Position numbers and translations under genes: made by a program. The notes below the pieces were generated by a model. That model had not been told where the DNA came from. It saw only the letters and a program-made list of their open reading frames with translations, and ran no database searches. 24,254 nt of DNA from Candidatus Firestoneibacteriota bacterium (GTDB lineage Bacteria; Oederibacteriota; D2-FULL-39-29; JBBTED01): positions 1 through 24,254 of the forward strand of contig JBBTED010000165.1 in NCBI GenBank assembly GCA_038042445.1, written 5' to 3'. Below are positions 1 through 8,618 of the stretch, piece by piece. The first letter of the stretch is position 1. Each line of letters begins with the position of its first letter.

Positions 1-2195
1 TTACCATAACCATTTTCTGTAACAGTCAAAAGAGTTGCATTCTCTTTTACAATCTCCATACCAACAGTATAGTCATCTTTACCTAATCTAATACCTCTCA
101 CACCAACTCCTGTTCTGCCTATTTCACGAATTTCTTCTGCATTAAATCTTATTGCCTTCCCTTTACGAGTAGCCAATACTACATCTTCTTTGCCTGAAGT
201 AAGTTTTACAGCTATGAGCTCATCTTTTTCACGCAACTTTATTGCAATAAGCCCTGTAGACCTTGGATTTGAAAATGCAGAAAGTTCAACTCTTTTTATT
301 ACACCACATTTTGTAGCCATTAAAAAGAATACATCATCTTTAAATTCTTTTACAGCTATTGCCACAGTTATAGCCTCGTCTTTTTCCACTTTAAGCAAAT
401 TGATTATTGCTTTGCCCTTTGTATAGCGACCACCTTCTGGGATTTCATAAACTTTAAGCCAATAAACCTTACCCAAATTTGTAAAAAACAAAATGTGGTT
501 ATGCGTAGTAGTAATAAATAAATCTTCTACAAAATCTTCATCCCGAGTCTCCATACCCATAACACCCTTGCCACCACGTCTTTGCTGTTTATATACTGAT
601 GAAGGTATTCTTTTTATATAACCATTGTGTGATAAAGTAACTACAACTTCTTCCTCTGCTATCAAATCTTCAATCTTTATTTCTTCTGCCTTCTGAATTA
701 TTTCAGTTCTTCTCTTATCACCATATTTATTTTTTATTTCAAGTATTTCCTCTTTAATCAGATTTAATATTGCCTCATGAGATGATAAAATCATTTTAAG
801 CTGTTCTATCCTTTTTAGTAATTCCTGATATTCCTGCTCTATTTTATCACGTTCTAAAGCAGTTAATTGTTGCAAACGCATATCTAATATTGCCTGTGCC
901 TGCTCAATTGTTAATTTGTATTTTTTAATTAATGATTGTCTTGCTTCATCTACATTTTTAGAAGACCTAATTAGTTTGATTATTTCATTTAAGAATTTTA
1001 TAGCTATTTTCAACCCTTCAAGAATATGCGCACGTCTTTGGGCTTTATCTAATTCAAATTTAGTTCGCTTAATTATTACATCTTTTCTATGCTCAATATA
1101 GCAATGCAAAACTTTGCGTAAATTCAAAACACGAGGCTGACCATCTACTAATGCAAGCATTATTACACCAAAATTCGAACGCATTGACGTGCTTTTTAAA
1201 AGCTGATTCAATAAAACATTTGCATTCTCATCTCTTTTTACTTCTATTACAATACGCATTCCTTCTCTATCCGATTCATCTCTAATATCTGATATTCCTT
1301 CAATTTTTTTATCGCGAACCATACCTGCTATAGTTTCAATCAAAGTAGCTTTATTAACCTGATATGGAAGTTCAGTTACAATTATTCGTTCTCTATCTTT
1401 TTTTGTAGTTTCTATATACGCTTTTGCCTGCATTACAATTGACCCTCTACCTGTGCGATATGCATCAATTATACCTTGCTTGCCAAGTATATAACCTCCA
1501 CCCGGAAAATCAGGTCCCGTTATTTTAGTCATAAGCTCTTCTATAGTAATATTAGGATTATCTATCATTGCAATTATTCCATCTATAAGTTCAGATAAAC
1601 TATGTGGTGGGATATTTGTTGCCATACCAACTGCTATACCTGAAGATCCATTTAGCAAAAGATTTGGAAGTTTTGCAGGTAAAATACTTGGTTCAAAACG
1701 GGATTCATCATAATTTGGAACAAAATCAACAGTATCTTTATCTATATCAACAAGCAATTCTTCGGCTATTTTAGAAAGTCTGACTTCTGTATAACGCATT
1801 GCAGCTGGAGGATCACCATCTATAGAACCAAAATTTCCCTGGCCATCTACAAGAGGATATCTACAGGAAAAATCCTGAGCCAATCGCACCATAGTATCAT
1901 ACACAGCAACATCACCATGTGGATGATAATTACCTAATACTTCACCAACAACTTTTGCAGATTTTCGATGTGGTTTATTTGAATTAAGCCCCATTTCATT
2001 CATTGCATAAAGAATTCTTCTATGAACAGGTTTTAAGCCATCTCTCGCATCAGGTAAAGCTCTGCCAACAATAACACTCATCGCATAGTCAATATAGGAA
2101 TTTTTCATTTCATCTTCTATATAAACTGGAATAACTCTTCCACCTGTTTTAGTCGGTAATTCTATATTTTCTGTTTTTTTAGTTTCTTCTGTCAT
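1..2195 (-). CDS. gyrA: DNA gyrase subunit A (3' end outside window; missed by ORF track)
   Basis: Manual translation from ATG at 2195: MTEETKK...[36 protein letters not shown]...[19 protein letters not shown]...[18 protein letters not shown]. GyrA-box QRRGGKG at ~565-585 distinguishes it from ParC. Still open at base 1 (TENGYG). ATGA overlap with the mog stop. Confidence 0.98.
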   Translation of the reverse strand, partial: MTEETKKTENIELPTKTGGRVIPVYIEDEMKNSYIDYAMSVIVGRALPDARDGLKPVHRRILYAMNEMGLNSNKPHRKSAKVVGEVLGNYHPHGDVAVYDTMVRLAQDFSCRYPLVDGQGNFGSIDGDPPAAMRYTEVRLSKIAEELLVDIDKDTVDFVPNYDESRFEPSILPAKLPNLLLNGSSGIAVGMATNIPPHSLSELIDGIIAMIDNPNITIEELMTKITGPDFPGGGYILGKQGIIDAYRTGRGSIVMQAKAYIETTKKDRERIIVTELPYQVNKATLIETIAGMVRDKKIEGISDIRDESDREGMRIVIEVKRDENANVLLNQLLKSTSMRSNFGVIMLALVDGQPRVLNLRKVLHCYIEHRKDVIIKRTKFELDKAQRRAHILEGLKIAIKFLNEIIKLIRSSKNVDEARQSLIKKYKLTIEQAQAILDMRLQQLTALERDKIEQEYQELLKRIEQLKMILSSHEAILNLIKEEILEIKNKYGDKRRTEIIQKAEEIKIEDLIAEEEVVVTLSHNGYIKRIPSSVYKQQRRGGKGVMGMETRDEDFVEDLFITTTHNHILFFTNLGKVYWLKVYEIPEGGRYTKGKAIINLLKVEKDEAITVAIAVKEFKDDVFFLMATKCGVIKRVELSAFSNPRSTGLIAIKLREKDELIAVKLTSGKEDVVLATRKGKAIRFNAEEIREIGRTGVGVRGIRLGKDDYTVGMEIVKENATLLTVTENGYG

Positions 2196-2680
2196 TCTTT
2201 CGCCACTCCTTTTAAAATTTCAATTGCATGAAAAATTGCCGGATGTATTATACTTAAACATTCCCTTACTGCTTTTGGGCTACCCGGTAAATTTATTATC
2301 AAACTTTTACCTCTTGTGCCACTAACTGCACGCGACAAAAGCGCATTAGGAGTTTTCTTAAAACTCTCCTGCCTCATTATTTCAGAAAAACCAGGAACCT
2401 CTTTCTCTATTACAGACAAAGTTGCTTCAGGAGTAACATCTCTTAGAGCAACACCTGTTCCACCAGTAGTTAATACCAAATCTGTTTTTAAGGAATCTGT
2501 ATAAGTAATAATTTTTTCTTTTATTATATCTTGCTCATCTGGAACTATTTCACATTTAACAAGTTCTATTTCTTCAAAAAACTTTTTTACTTCTTCAATT
2601 ATTGCAGGCCCGCTTTCATCCTGCCGTTCACCTCTTGAACTTCTGTCACTTACTGTCAACACAGCTACACGTATTTTCAT
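2192..2680 (-). CDS. mog: Molybdopterin adenylyltransferase (MogA/MoaB family)
   Basis: LTVSD...D.SG, TTGGTG...[29 protein letters not shown] motifs. Confidence 0.93.
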   Translation of the reverse strand: MKIRVAVLTVSDRSSRGERQDESGPAIIEEVKKFFEEIELVKCEIVPDEQDIIKEKIITYTDSLKTDLVLTTGGTGVALRDVTPEATLSVIEKEVPGFSEIMRQESFKKTPNALLSRAVSGTRGKSLIINLPGSPKAVRECLSIIHPAIFHAIEILKGVAKE

Positions 2681-3111
2681 CTCCTAATATATGTCCCGCT
2701 TTTTCCACCACGTTTTTCCAGTAAAACTATTTCAGAAAGAACAATATTTTTATCAAGTGGTTTACACATATCATAAATTGTTAATGCAGCTACTGAAACA
2801 GATGTTAAAGCTTCCATTTCAACACCAGTTTTAGCACTCGCACTAACACTTGATTTTATTTCAATTCTATCAGATTTAACCACAAGCTCAACATCAACAT
2901 TTTCTATTTGAATAGGATGACAAAGAGGCAACAACTCAGGAGTTTTCTTGGCTGCCATTATCCCCGCAATTTTTGCAGTAGTTAAAACATCACCTTTTGG
3001 TACAACACCATTTTTAATAGCCCTTATTGTCCCCTTCCCCATTGAAACAATACCTTGAGCAATAGCAACCCTATATGTCACATCCTTTTTACTAACATCA
3101 GCCATTTTCAT
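2677..3111 (-). CDS. moaC: Cyclic pyranopterin monophosphate synthase MoaC
   Basis: MADVSKK, KGDVL..AKIAGIMAAKKT.EL.PLCHP, TGVEMEAL, LTIYDMCK, KRGGKSG. Confidence 0.97.
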   Translation of the reverse strand: MKMADVSKKDVTYRVAIAQGIVSMGKGTIRAIKNGVVPKGDVLTTAKIAGIMAAKKTPELLPLCHPIQIENVDVELVVKSDRIEIKSSVSASAKTGVEMEALTSVSVAALTIYDMCKPLDKNIVLSEIVLLEKRGGKSGTYIRR

Positions 3112-3120
3112 AATTTTTTA

Positions 3121-3150
3121 ATTTTAGCACAAAAATTACTGCTTTTGCAA
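3121..3150 (-). promoter_or_regulatory. Putative sigma70 promoter of moaC-mog-gyrA (probably leaderless or very short leader)
   Basis: Minus strand TTGCAA-N18-TAAAAT with TG extension, ending 10 nt before the moaC ATG; no Shine-Dalgarno sequence. Confidence 0.5.
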
Positions 3151-3196
3151 TGAATTTTACGCTGTTTCTTGTAACAGATTAGTTATTATAAGTGAT

Positions 3197-3216
3197 GTAG
3201 TTGCCGATTTATCGGC
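3197..3216 (+). repeat. REP-like element (GTAG + hairpin)
   Basis: GTAGTT-GCCGAT-TT-ATCGGC; exact reverse-complement copy at 20972-20991. Confidence 0.75.
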
Positions 3217-3236
3217 GTTGTTGATAATTTTTTAAG

Positions 3237-4025
3237 TCAAAGCAATGTTTTTGCGGGACAGATTTCAACATAATCACACCAAGGGCACAAACCAGATTCG
3301 TTTGTTTTAAAATCAACCTCAGACTCAATTTTCTTTATAATCTCAATTATTTGCAATTTAATATCTTCAAGTTTTTCTAATGTGTGAGAAACTATCATTT
3401 CTTCATCAAACCTCAAATAATGCCATATTAAATCTACTTTTTTCACATCTTCCAGCTTATTCATTAAAACAATTTGATACATAACCAATTGTCTGTCTAC
3501 CATTAATTGTGTGATAGACGGCAACCTATTTGATGTTTTATAATCATGAATTTCATAATATCCATTTTCAATTTTTACTACTCTGTCAGGTAATCCCTTG
3601 ATTTTATATTTCTTTTCTATATCAAGATGCCCGTATAGATTTTCTTCTAAGAATACTACAGTTCCCTTATCAAATGGATAGTATCGTTTATAATATTTTT
3701 TTAACCATTCTTCTCCTGCATTCTTACAATCCTCTTTAGTATATTTAATTTTCCTTATCACAATATCGTCAGTCCATTCTTTTGCCCAAATTTCTCTATA
3801 ACAATCAAGCAATTCATCTAAAGATAAAACTTTAGACATTATAATATTTTTATAAAGTTCTTCCAAAGCATCATGAACACGACTTCCTAAAAATGCTTCT
3901 ATGCTTGCTCTTTTAACAATATCTGGTTTTTCAATATAAGCAAACCTATACTGTCTCGGACAATTCCCAAAGGTTCCTAATGCCGACGGAGAATATTCTT
4001 TCATTATGTCTTTATTATTGTTCAT
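3237..4025 (-). CDS. RecB/Cas4-like PD-(D/E)XK nuclease with 4-Cys Fe-S motif
   Basis: YSPSAL..F..CP..Y, G..VH.ALE, KGLPDRV, IHDYKT, QL..Y, C-terminal CPWCDY..ICP. The true start may be the second Met (MKEYSPS). Confidence 0.88.
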   Translation of the reverse strand: MNNNKDIMKEYSPSALGTFGNCPRQYRFAYIEKPDIVKRASIEAFLGSRVHDALEELYKNIIMSKVLSLDELLDCYREIWAKEWTDDIVIRKIKYTKEDCKNAGEEWLKKYYKRYYPFDKGTVVFLEENLYGHLDIEKKYKIKGLPDRVVKIENGYYEIHDYKTSNRLPSITQLMVDRQLVMYQIVLMNKLEDVKKVDLIWHYLRFDEEMIVSHTLEKLEDIKLQIIEIIKKIESEVDFKTNESGLCPWCDYVEICPAKTLL

Positions 4026-4329
4026 AAATCAGTTTTCCCTCTATAAAAGCAGTATGTAGAATTGTACCAATAATATTTTTATATTTTTTCTCCTCTTCTG
4101 GAGTAAAAACAAAAACATCAAGCGAAAAATTTCTATGAGGAAACAACCTTCTTATTTTCATATTTCTCTTATGGGGATTTAAATTTGAATTCCATATTAC
4201 AACTAAATCTACATCGCTATCTTCTGTTACTTTACCTCTTCCATAAGAACCAAATAGAATAATTTTTTCCGGTGAAATAGCTTTTATAATTTTTTCTTTA
4301 ATTTCTTCTATTTTTCTTACATTCAACAT
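4015..4329 (-). CDS. Minimal nucleotidyltransferase (MNT, pol-beta superfamily)
   Basis: PEKIILFGSYGRG..TEDSDVDLVV, later LDVFV.TPEE and EGKLIYE. Confidence 0.9.
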   Translation of the reverse strand: MLNVRKIEEIKEKIIKAISPEKIILFGSYGRGKVTEDSDVDLVVIWNSNLNPHKRNMKIRRLFPHRNFSLDVFVFTPEEEKKYKNIIGTILHTAFIEGKLIYEQ

Positions 4330-4361
4330 ATAAATTATCCTCTATATTTTATTACTAACAA

Positions 4362-4382
4362 ATGTTAGTGTTTTATCTGACA
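4362..4382 (-). promoter_or_regulatory. Variant TGTCA-box promoter (9-nt spacer) overlapping palindrome ACTAACA-AA-TGTTAGT, upstream of MNT
   Basis: Minus strand TGTCAG-ATAAAACAC-TAACAT; palindrome at 4354-4369. Confidence 0.4.
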
Positions 4383-4494
4383 ACTAAAAAATTATACTAT
4401 AGATTTTTATAGAAATCTATATGAAAGATTATAAAAAATGTTATATTCATCGCAGCATTTTTTTATAACACGAATTTAACAACACTTATCCTAT

Positions 4495-4656
4495 TTATTT
4501 TTGTTGTTTCTTTTCTTCTTTTTTCTTCTGCTTTTCTAAATCAGTTGAAATATCTTCTTCCTTCTGGTCATCTATAAGAATGTTAAATTTGGAATCAACA
4601 AGGAATATTTTCACTTTAGAACAAGTATTATTAATATCACAAGCAGGAAAAGCCAT
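4495..4656 (-). pseudogene. 53-codon ORF, probably a 3' gene remnant
   Basis: MAFPACDINN...DLEKQKKKEEKKQQK*; no RBS; charged tail resembles a protein C-terminus. Confidence 0.25.
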
Positions 4657-4684
4657 TAAAATACCACTGTTATTTTTTTATTAT

Positions 4685-5698
4685 CTATGCTTCTTCTTCA
4701 AGAACATATTCTTTAGGACTAATATTAAATGTCCACGCAAGTGCTTCTTTACAAGTTTTCATATCAGGTGGAACCCTCAAAGTATACCACACACCACTGG
4801 ATGAACATTTAGCCTTTAATAACATAATATTTTCTTCTTCTCTTCTATATCTATTGATTCGTACTAATGAATATTCACCCTTTTTATGCACTACACAATG
4901 TGGCATTTGAGTTAGAAATTTCTCATACCCCATTAATTCAAGCATTATTCTTCTTACTTCAGCATTTGGCTCAGCAATTATTTGTTCTGCTTTTATCTTT
5001 TCTGGATAAAAATATATCTCCTTTGGAATTTTCACTCCCCTGAAATATGTCTCTTCTTTTACCAAATTATCCATTCTATCATAATATTTTGCTGTACCAT
5101 GTATTTGGCCATTATCATTTAAAATTTCAAATCTTTCAAAACCTTTTGCTGTCATTCTTATAACTCCTTTTTCCAAACCATGTTTTCTTCCATCTATAAA
5201 TAAAACTTCCAGTTTACTTTCTCCATCTGGATACCATTCTTTTACCAAACCATGAAATCTGCCATTTATATATGAAAGTTCAGATTTTTGATTCCCATTT
5301 TCATACCACTTTTTATTTATTCCATGAAAAACTCCCTTGTTATATGAAAGTTCGAATTCTATCTGTCCATTCTCATACCATTTTCTTTCTAAACCATGCT
5401 TTATATGACCTAACCATGAAACTTCATATTTTGGAAATCCATTCTTATACCACTGCTTTTCTATACCCTGCTTTATACCATAACTATAAGTTATCTCATA
5501 TTCTTGCTGCTCATTTTCATACCACCCCTTTTCTATTCCATGTAATTGCCAATCAACATAAGAAACTTCATATCGTATTTTTTTGGGCTCACTAAACCAT
5601 CTAAATTTACTCAGTAATCCGTTATCACTTAGAAATTCAGTTTTCAAAACTCTATTTTTGTCCCAAAGTCTTTCCGTAGTTTCCATATCCTTTTCCAA
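4685..5698 (-). CDS. MORN-variant repeat (YwqK-like) protein with C-terminal DUF6745-like domain
   Basis: About 7 repeats of HG.EK.WYENGQ..E..Y. C-terminus I.AEPNAEVRRIMLE.MG.EKF...C.SSG..Y.LRVPP...TCKEALAWTF......Y matches the DUF6745 pattern as I recall it. Confidence 0.8.
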   Translation of the reverse strand: MEKDMETTERLWDKNRVLKTEFLSDNGLLSKFRWFSEPKKIRYEVSYVDWQLHGIEKGWYENEQQEYEITYSYGIKQGIEKQWYKNGFPKYEVSWLGHIKHGLERKWYENGQIEFELSYNKGVFHGINKKWYENGNQKSELSYINGRFHGLVKEWYPDGESKLEVLFIDGRKHGLEKGVIRMTAKGFERFEILNDNGQIHGTAKYYDRMDNLVKEETYFRGVKIPKEIYFYPEKIKAEQIIAEPNAEVRRIMLELMGYEKFLTQMPHCVVHKKGEYSLVRINRYRREEENIMLLKAKCSSSGVWYTLRVPPDMKTCKEALAWTFNISPKEYVLEEEA

Positions 5699-5709
5699 TT
5701 TATGCCGAG

Positions 5710-6012
5710 TTAATCTGCAACTGGCCGCGGAGATTCCGGCAAATATTCACGTTGTTTTATTATTCTGTAATCACCTCTTGGCAATGCTATTTGTTTATGT
5801 TCTTCATGTACTACTATTGCCTCATCATTTTCAACTTTAGCAAAAATATCACCCTTTTCATCCAGATACAAAACACCATTCATCAACATATGTTTATGCC
5901 CTATTGCTTCACCCTCTGCTATGACATTATCTGATTTTTTCACAAGCCCCTCTTTTATTTTATCAATTTTCACAAACAAAATATCCCCTTGTCTCTTTTT
6001 CATTTCTTTCAT
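5710..6012 (-). CDS. Small His-motif beta-protein (RQGD...GEA.GH.H...HEEH...QREY family), typical partner of DUF6745 proteins
   Basis: Conserved motif string, AGGAGG RBS, second copy at 11429-11731. Confidence 0.85.
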   Translation of the reverse strand: MKEMKKRQGDILFVKIDKIKEGLVKKSDNVIAEGEAIGHKHMLMNGVLYLDEKGDIFAKVENDEAIVVHEEHKQIALPRGDYRIIKQREYLPESPRPVAD

Positions 6013-6036
6013 ATCAACCGCCTCCTTTTAATATAG

Positions 6037-6058
6037 AGTATATATCTTCCCTGTGACA
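6037..6058 (-). promoter_or_regulatory. TGTCA-N10-TANNNT promoter, type A copy 1
   Basis: Minus strand TGTCAC-AGGGAAGATA-TATACT, followed by RBS and the ATG at 6012. Confidence 0.7.
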
Positions 6059-6113
6059 TTTTTTAAGTAATCCACGTGACTATATTCTATAAGGTTATTA
6101 GCATTTACTTAAT

Positions 6114-6150
6114 CTAATACAAATATTAGCATAGAGGTATGACAAAATTT
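6114..6150 (-). promoter_or_regulatory. TGTCA-N10-TANNNT promoter, type B copy 1, with palindrome CTAATA-N4-TATTAG
   Basis: Minus strand TGTCAT-ACCTCTATGC-TAATAT (6123-6144); palindrome at 6114-6129. Confidence 0.7.
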
Positions 6151-6175
6151 GAGAGAAAACTCTGAATTCGTTTTC

Positions 6176-6329
6176 TGTCACTCTGAACTGTCTAAAAGAG
6201 ATGCTGAAATGAATTCAGCATGACAAATTCCAGTTATAATATATCTCTTAGACAGATTGGAATTCCTAAAAATAAAGGCTGGATACCGCATCAAAGCTTG
6301 TCCTCGTGAAAACGGGGATGCGGTATGAC
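6176..6329. repeat. Cluster of small palindromic extragenic elements
   Basis: ATGCTGAA-ATGAA-TTCAGCAT-GAC (6201-6224). ATACCGCATC (6283-6292) pairs with GATGCGGTAT (6317-6326) and encloses hairpin TCCTCGT-GAAA-ACGGGGA. Both elements end in ATGAC. Confidence 0.65.
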
Positions 6330-6434
6330 GGCTAATACTGGTTATTTGTATTTTTCTAAAGTGCGGATACAGGTTTCTTTTATGGATTTTCTGAATTCTG
6401 GGGGATTTAATTTAATACTGTTTTTTTATTCATA

Positions 6435-7784
6435 TCATAATCTATATGCTTTATTTATCTCAGGTAAAATAACTTTTTCGCATACTCCTTTAAATAATTC
6501 CGGGTGTTGGGTATGGATTGGAAATAATACTTTTGGATTTATATCCTTAATTATATTCATTATTTGTTTTTTTGTGCAATGTCCAGATGCGTGCAATTGG
6601 TGAAAAATCAATCCAAAATGTTTAATCCATTTATCCATTATATCCGCTTCTATGTCTTCCTCGCTGAACGGCTCACTCATTGAGTGTATAAAATGGCTTC
6701 CCTTATCTGGTCTTATATCAATAAGTTCTGTGAAATTTGTAAAATCAAGATTTAATATAAGTTCGCTTTGATGCTTATGTATATAATCCGCTCCAACTGA
6801 ATTTTGCAAATAAGGTCTTTCCCATTTACTATAATCATTCTCTTCATATTCACCGCTTCTTTTTCTTCTTTTATATATTAGAATATTTTTATCTTTGAAA
6901 ACATTCGGCATTCTTAATTTCAAATCATCTTTTAGTTTGTTTATAAGATTTGCAAGTTTCATTGAAATAACAAATTTTCGTTTATTTTCTTTTGCGACAT
7001 TATAAAAAGTGTAAAACCTGTCTATATCCCTTCCATAAAAAGTTGCTATCACTAATTTTGATGTCTTTGATACTATTTCAAAACTTTTTTCATACACATC
7101 ATCTTCGCTCGTATTATATTCTTTTTTACTTGTAGATACTTTTGTTCCCTCGCATATCATTATATTTGGTTTTGCTTTTTTTGCTTTTCTTAAAAAATCC
7201 TTTGTCAGTTCTGATGCAGAACCGTGTATTCTTAAATCACCAGTATAAACAATATTTCCGTCTTTTGTGTAAATTATAAATCCATAAGCACCGGGCACAG
7301 AATGGTCAACATGTATTGGCTCTATAGTTATTTTTCCTATTCTTATTTTCCTGCCAGTCCTGAATGTTTTATAGTTATGCTCACCATAATCCATATTTCC
7401 GCTTTCTTCCATTGCTTCCATAATCAATTTTGTTGTTTCTCCGCAATATATCGGAATATTTTCATCTATTGCCCAAATATCTCCAATATGGTCTATATGA
7501 ACATGGGATATAAAAACTCCATCATAAATTGGTTTTTGATATTTTATGCTGGTATGCAGCAATAACTCTTTTGAATAGAGTCCTTTTAGAGATGGCAATA
7601 AGCCAAACTCCAGATAATCTGCTACGCCATTAACATTCCTTGGCTGAAGATAATCAGTAAAATACTCTCCTGCTTTGGAAAAACTCATCCCAAAATCAAA
7701 AAATATCTTGGTTTTATTATGTTCAAGCAGAATTTTATTCCCGCCAATCTCCCCCACTCCCCCATAAAATGTTAGGTTAAGCAT
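6435..7784 (-). CDS. RNase J-like MBL-fold/beta-CASP metallo-hydrolase
   Basis: GG.GEIGGN, FDFG, SHVHIDHIG (HxHxDH), VDHSVPGA, YTGDLR, CEGT, HASGH, PIH. Confidence 0.9.
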   Translation of the reverse strand: MLNLTFYGGVGEIGGNKILLEHNKTKIFFDFGMSFSKAGEYFTDYLQPRNVNGVADYLEFGLLPSLKGLYSKELLLHTSIKYQKPIYDGVFISHVHIDHIGDIWAIDENIPIYCGETTKLIMEAMEESGNMDYGEHNYKTFRTGRKIRIGKITIEPIHVDHSVPGAYGFIIYTKDGNIVYTGDLRIHGSASELTKDFLRKAKKAKPNIMICEGTKVSTSKKEYNTSEDDVYEKSFEIVSKTSKLVIATFYGRDIDRFYTFYNVAKENKRKFVISMKLANLINKLKDDLKLRMPNVFKDKNILIYKRRKRSGEYEENDYSKWERPYLQNSVGADYIHKHQSELILNLDFTNFTELIDIRPDKGSHFIHSMSEPFSEEDIEADIMDKWIKHFGLIFHQLHASGHCTKKQIMNIIKDINPKVLFPIHTQHPELFKGVCEKVILPEINKAYRL

Positions 7785-7788
7785 TTTA
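7756..7788. repeat. 33-bp direct repeat covering the MBL start codon (partner at 8585-8617)
   Basis: ACTCCCCCATAAAATGTTAGGTTAAGCATTTTA is identical at both sites. Confidence 0.95.
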
Positions 7789-7827
7789 ATATTTTTATAT
7801 AGTTTTTTTAGAAATATATTATTGTAA

Positions 7828-7848
7828 ATTATACATTACTCTCTGACA
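7828..7848 (-). promoter_or_regulatory. Type A-like TGTCA promoter variant (9-nt spacer) upstream of the MBL gene
   Basis: Minus strand AAAAA-TGTCAG-AGAGTAATG-TATAAT-TTACAA; flanks resemble the copy at 14880. Confidence 0.55.
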
Positions 7849-7880
7849 TTTTTTTATGTTATGTAATAACAGGTAAAAAT

Positions 7881-8282
7881 TTATAGAAATTCAACAGATG
7901 GATATTTCTTTATCTTTTCGTAAAGTTTTTTATCTGAAGTTATGAATTTGTAATTCATATCTAATGCCAAAGCAAGATAATGAGCATCATATTCTGTAAT
8001 TTTATTTTTATAAGAAAGATTTATTGCTCTTTTCATAATATGAGGTACAGGAGCTATTATATTTATACCCATATCAAATATACTTTGAACTACTTCTGTA
8101 ACTGCATACTCTGTAAAAGACTGTTTGCTTAAAAGAGCATTAGCGACTTCATGTAAAAGTAAATCAGGAACATTAATGCTGATTTCTCCTTTGATATATC
8201 TATCTCTTATATCACGGGCTACTTGAGATTTTTCTTCTTCTACAAACCATTTCAAAACTACTGAAGCATCTAAGATGAACAT
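7881..8282 (-). CDS. vapC: VapC-type PIN-domain toxin
   Basis: From the ATG at 8282: MFILDASVVLKWF..EE, P.LL..EV.NAL, IT.YDA.YLALA, FITSDKKL. The ORF-track start at 8324 lies inside the antitoxin gene. Confidence 0.9.
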   Translation of the reverse strand: MFILDASVVLKWFVEEEKSQVARDIRDRYIKGEISINVPDLLLHEVANALLSKQSFTEYAVTEVVQSIFDMGINIIAPVPHIMKRAINLSYKNKITEYDAHYLALALDMNYKFITSDKKLYEKIKKYPSVEFL

Positions 8283-8485
8283 CTGGTTTCTCTTAATTTT
8301 CTTACTTGTGATACTGAGTCCCAACTATTATCTTTCTTGCCAAAGGTATTTCTAATATCATCTTGCTTCTTTACAGCTTTCAACATTCTATCTTTATCTT
8401 TTACTGTTGCCTGCAATAAAAGAAAATATCTCCTTGAAATCATATCTTTTAAATTTATTGAAGAACTTTTTTCTAAAGTATGCAT
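8270..8485 (-). CDS. Putative VapB-type antitoxin
   Basis: 71 aa, GAGGTG RBS, overlaps the vapC start; C-terminal DSVSQVRKLRE is typical of PIN antitoxins. TGGTATAAT extended -10 at ~8507-8515. Confidence 0.7.
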   Translation of the reverse strand: MHTLEKSSSINLKDMISRRYFLLLQATVKDKDRMLKAVKKQDDIRNTFGKKDNSWDSVSQVRKLRETRCSS

Positions 8486-8550
8486 TTACTATCACCTCTT
8501 TATCTATTATACCAAAGACAAATTTATTATCAATAACATTATTCTTTTTG

Positions 8551-8613
8551 CTATCGTCTAATCTTATCCCCACCAATTTCTCTTACTCCCCCATAAAATG
8601 TTAGGTTAAGCAT
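8551..8613 (-). pseudogene. Truncated 5' copy of the MBL hydrolase gene
   Basis: MLNLTFYGGVREIGGDKIRR* versus MLNLTFYGGVGEIGGNKILL in the intact gene. Confidence 0.9.
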
Positions 8614-8618
8614 TTTAT

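Larger units (their letters stand above)
5129..6150. repeat. ~1 kb direct repeat, copy 1 (promoters + 100-aa gene + MORN region)
   Basis: Near-identical to ~10851-11865 from ~5285 to 6150; 5129-5285 is homologous but diverged. Similarity ends at GGTATGACAAAATTT. Confidence 0.95.

Noticed and set aside
190..2504. Plus-strand ORFs 190-426, 916-1101 and 2316-2504, and similar short antisense ORFs throughout the window
   Set aside because: Shadows of well-supported genes on the opposite strand; no motifs or RBS.
3237..4025. Nuclease as a CRISPR-associated cas4
   Set aside because: No cas genes or array nearby; it fits stand-alone RecB-family nucleases.
4354..4369. ACTAACAAATGTTAGT as a Gram-positive LexA box
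   Set aside because: It has TAAC-N4-GTTA rather than GAAC-N4-GTTC; kept only as an unassigned palindrome.
8394..8576. 60-aa minus-strand ORF
   Set aside because: Spans the MBL stub, the vapB promoter and vapB out of frame; chance ORF.
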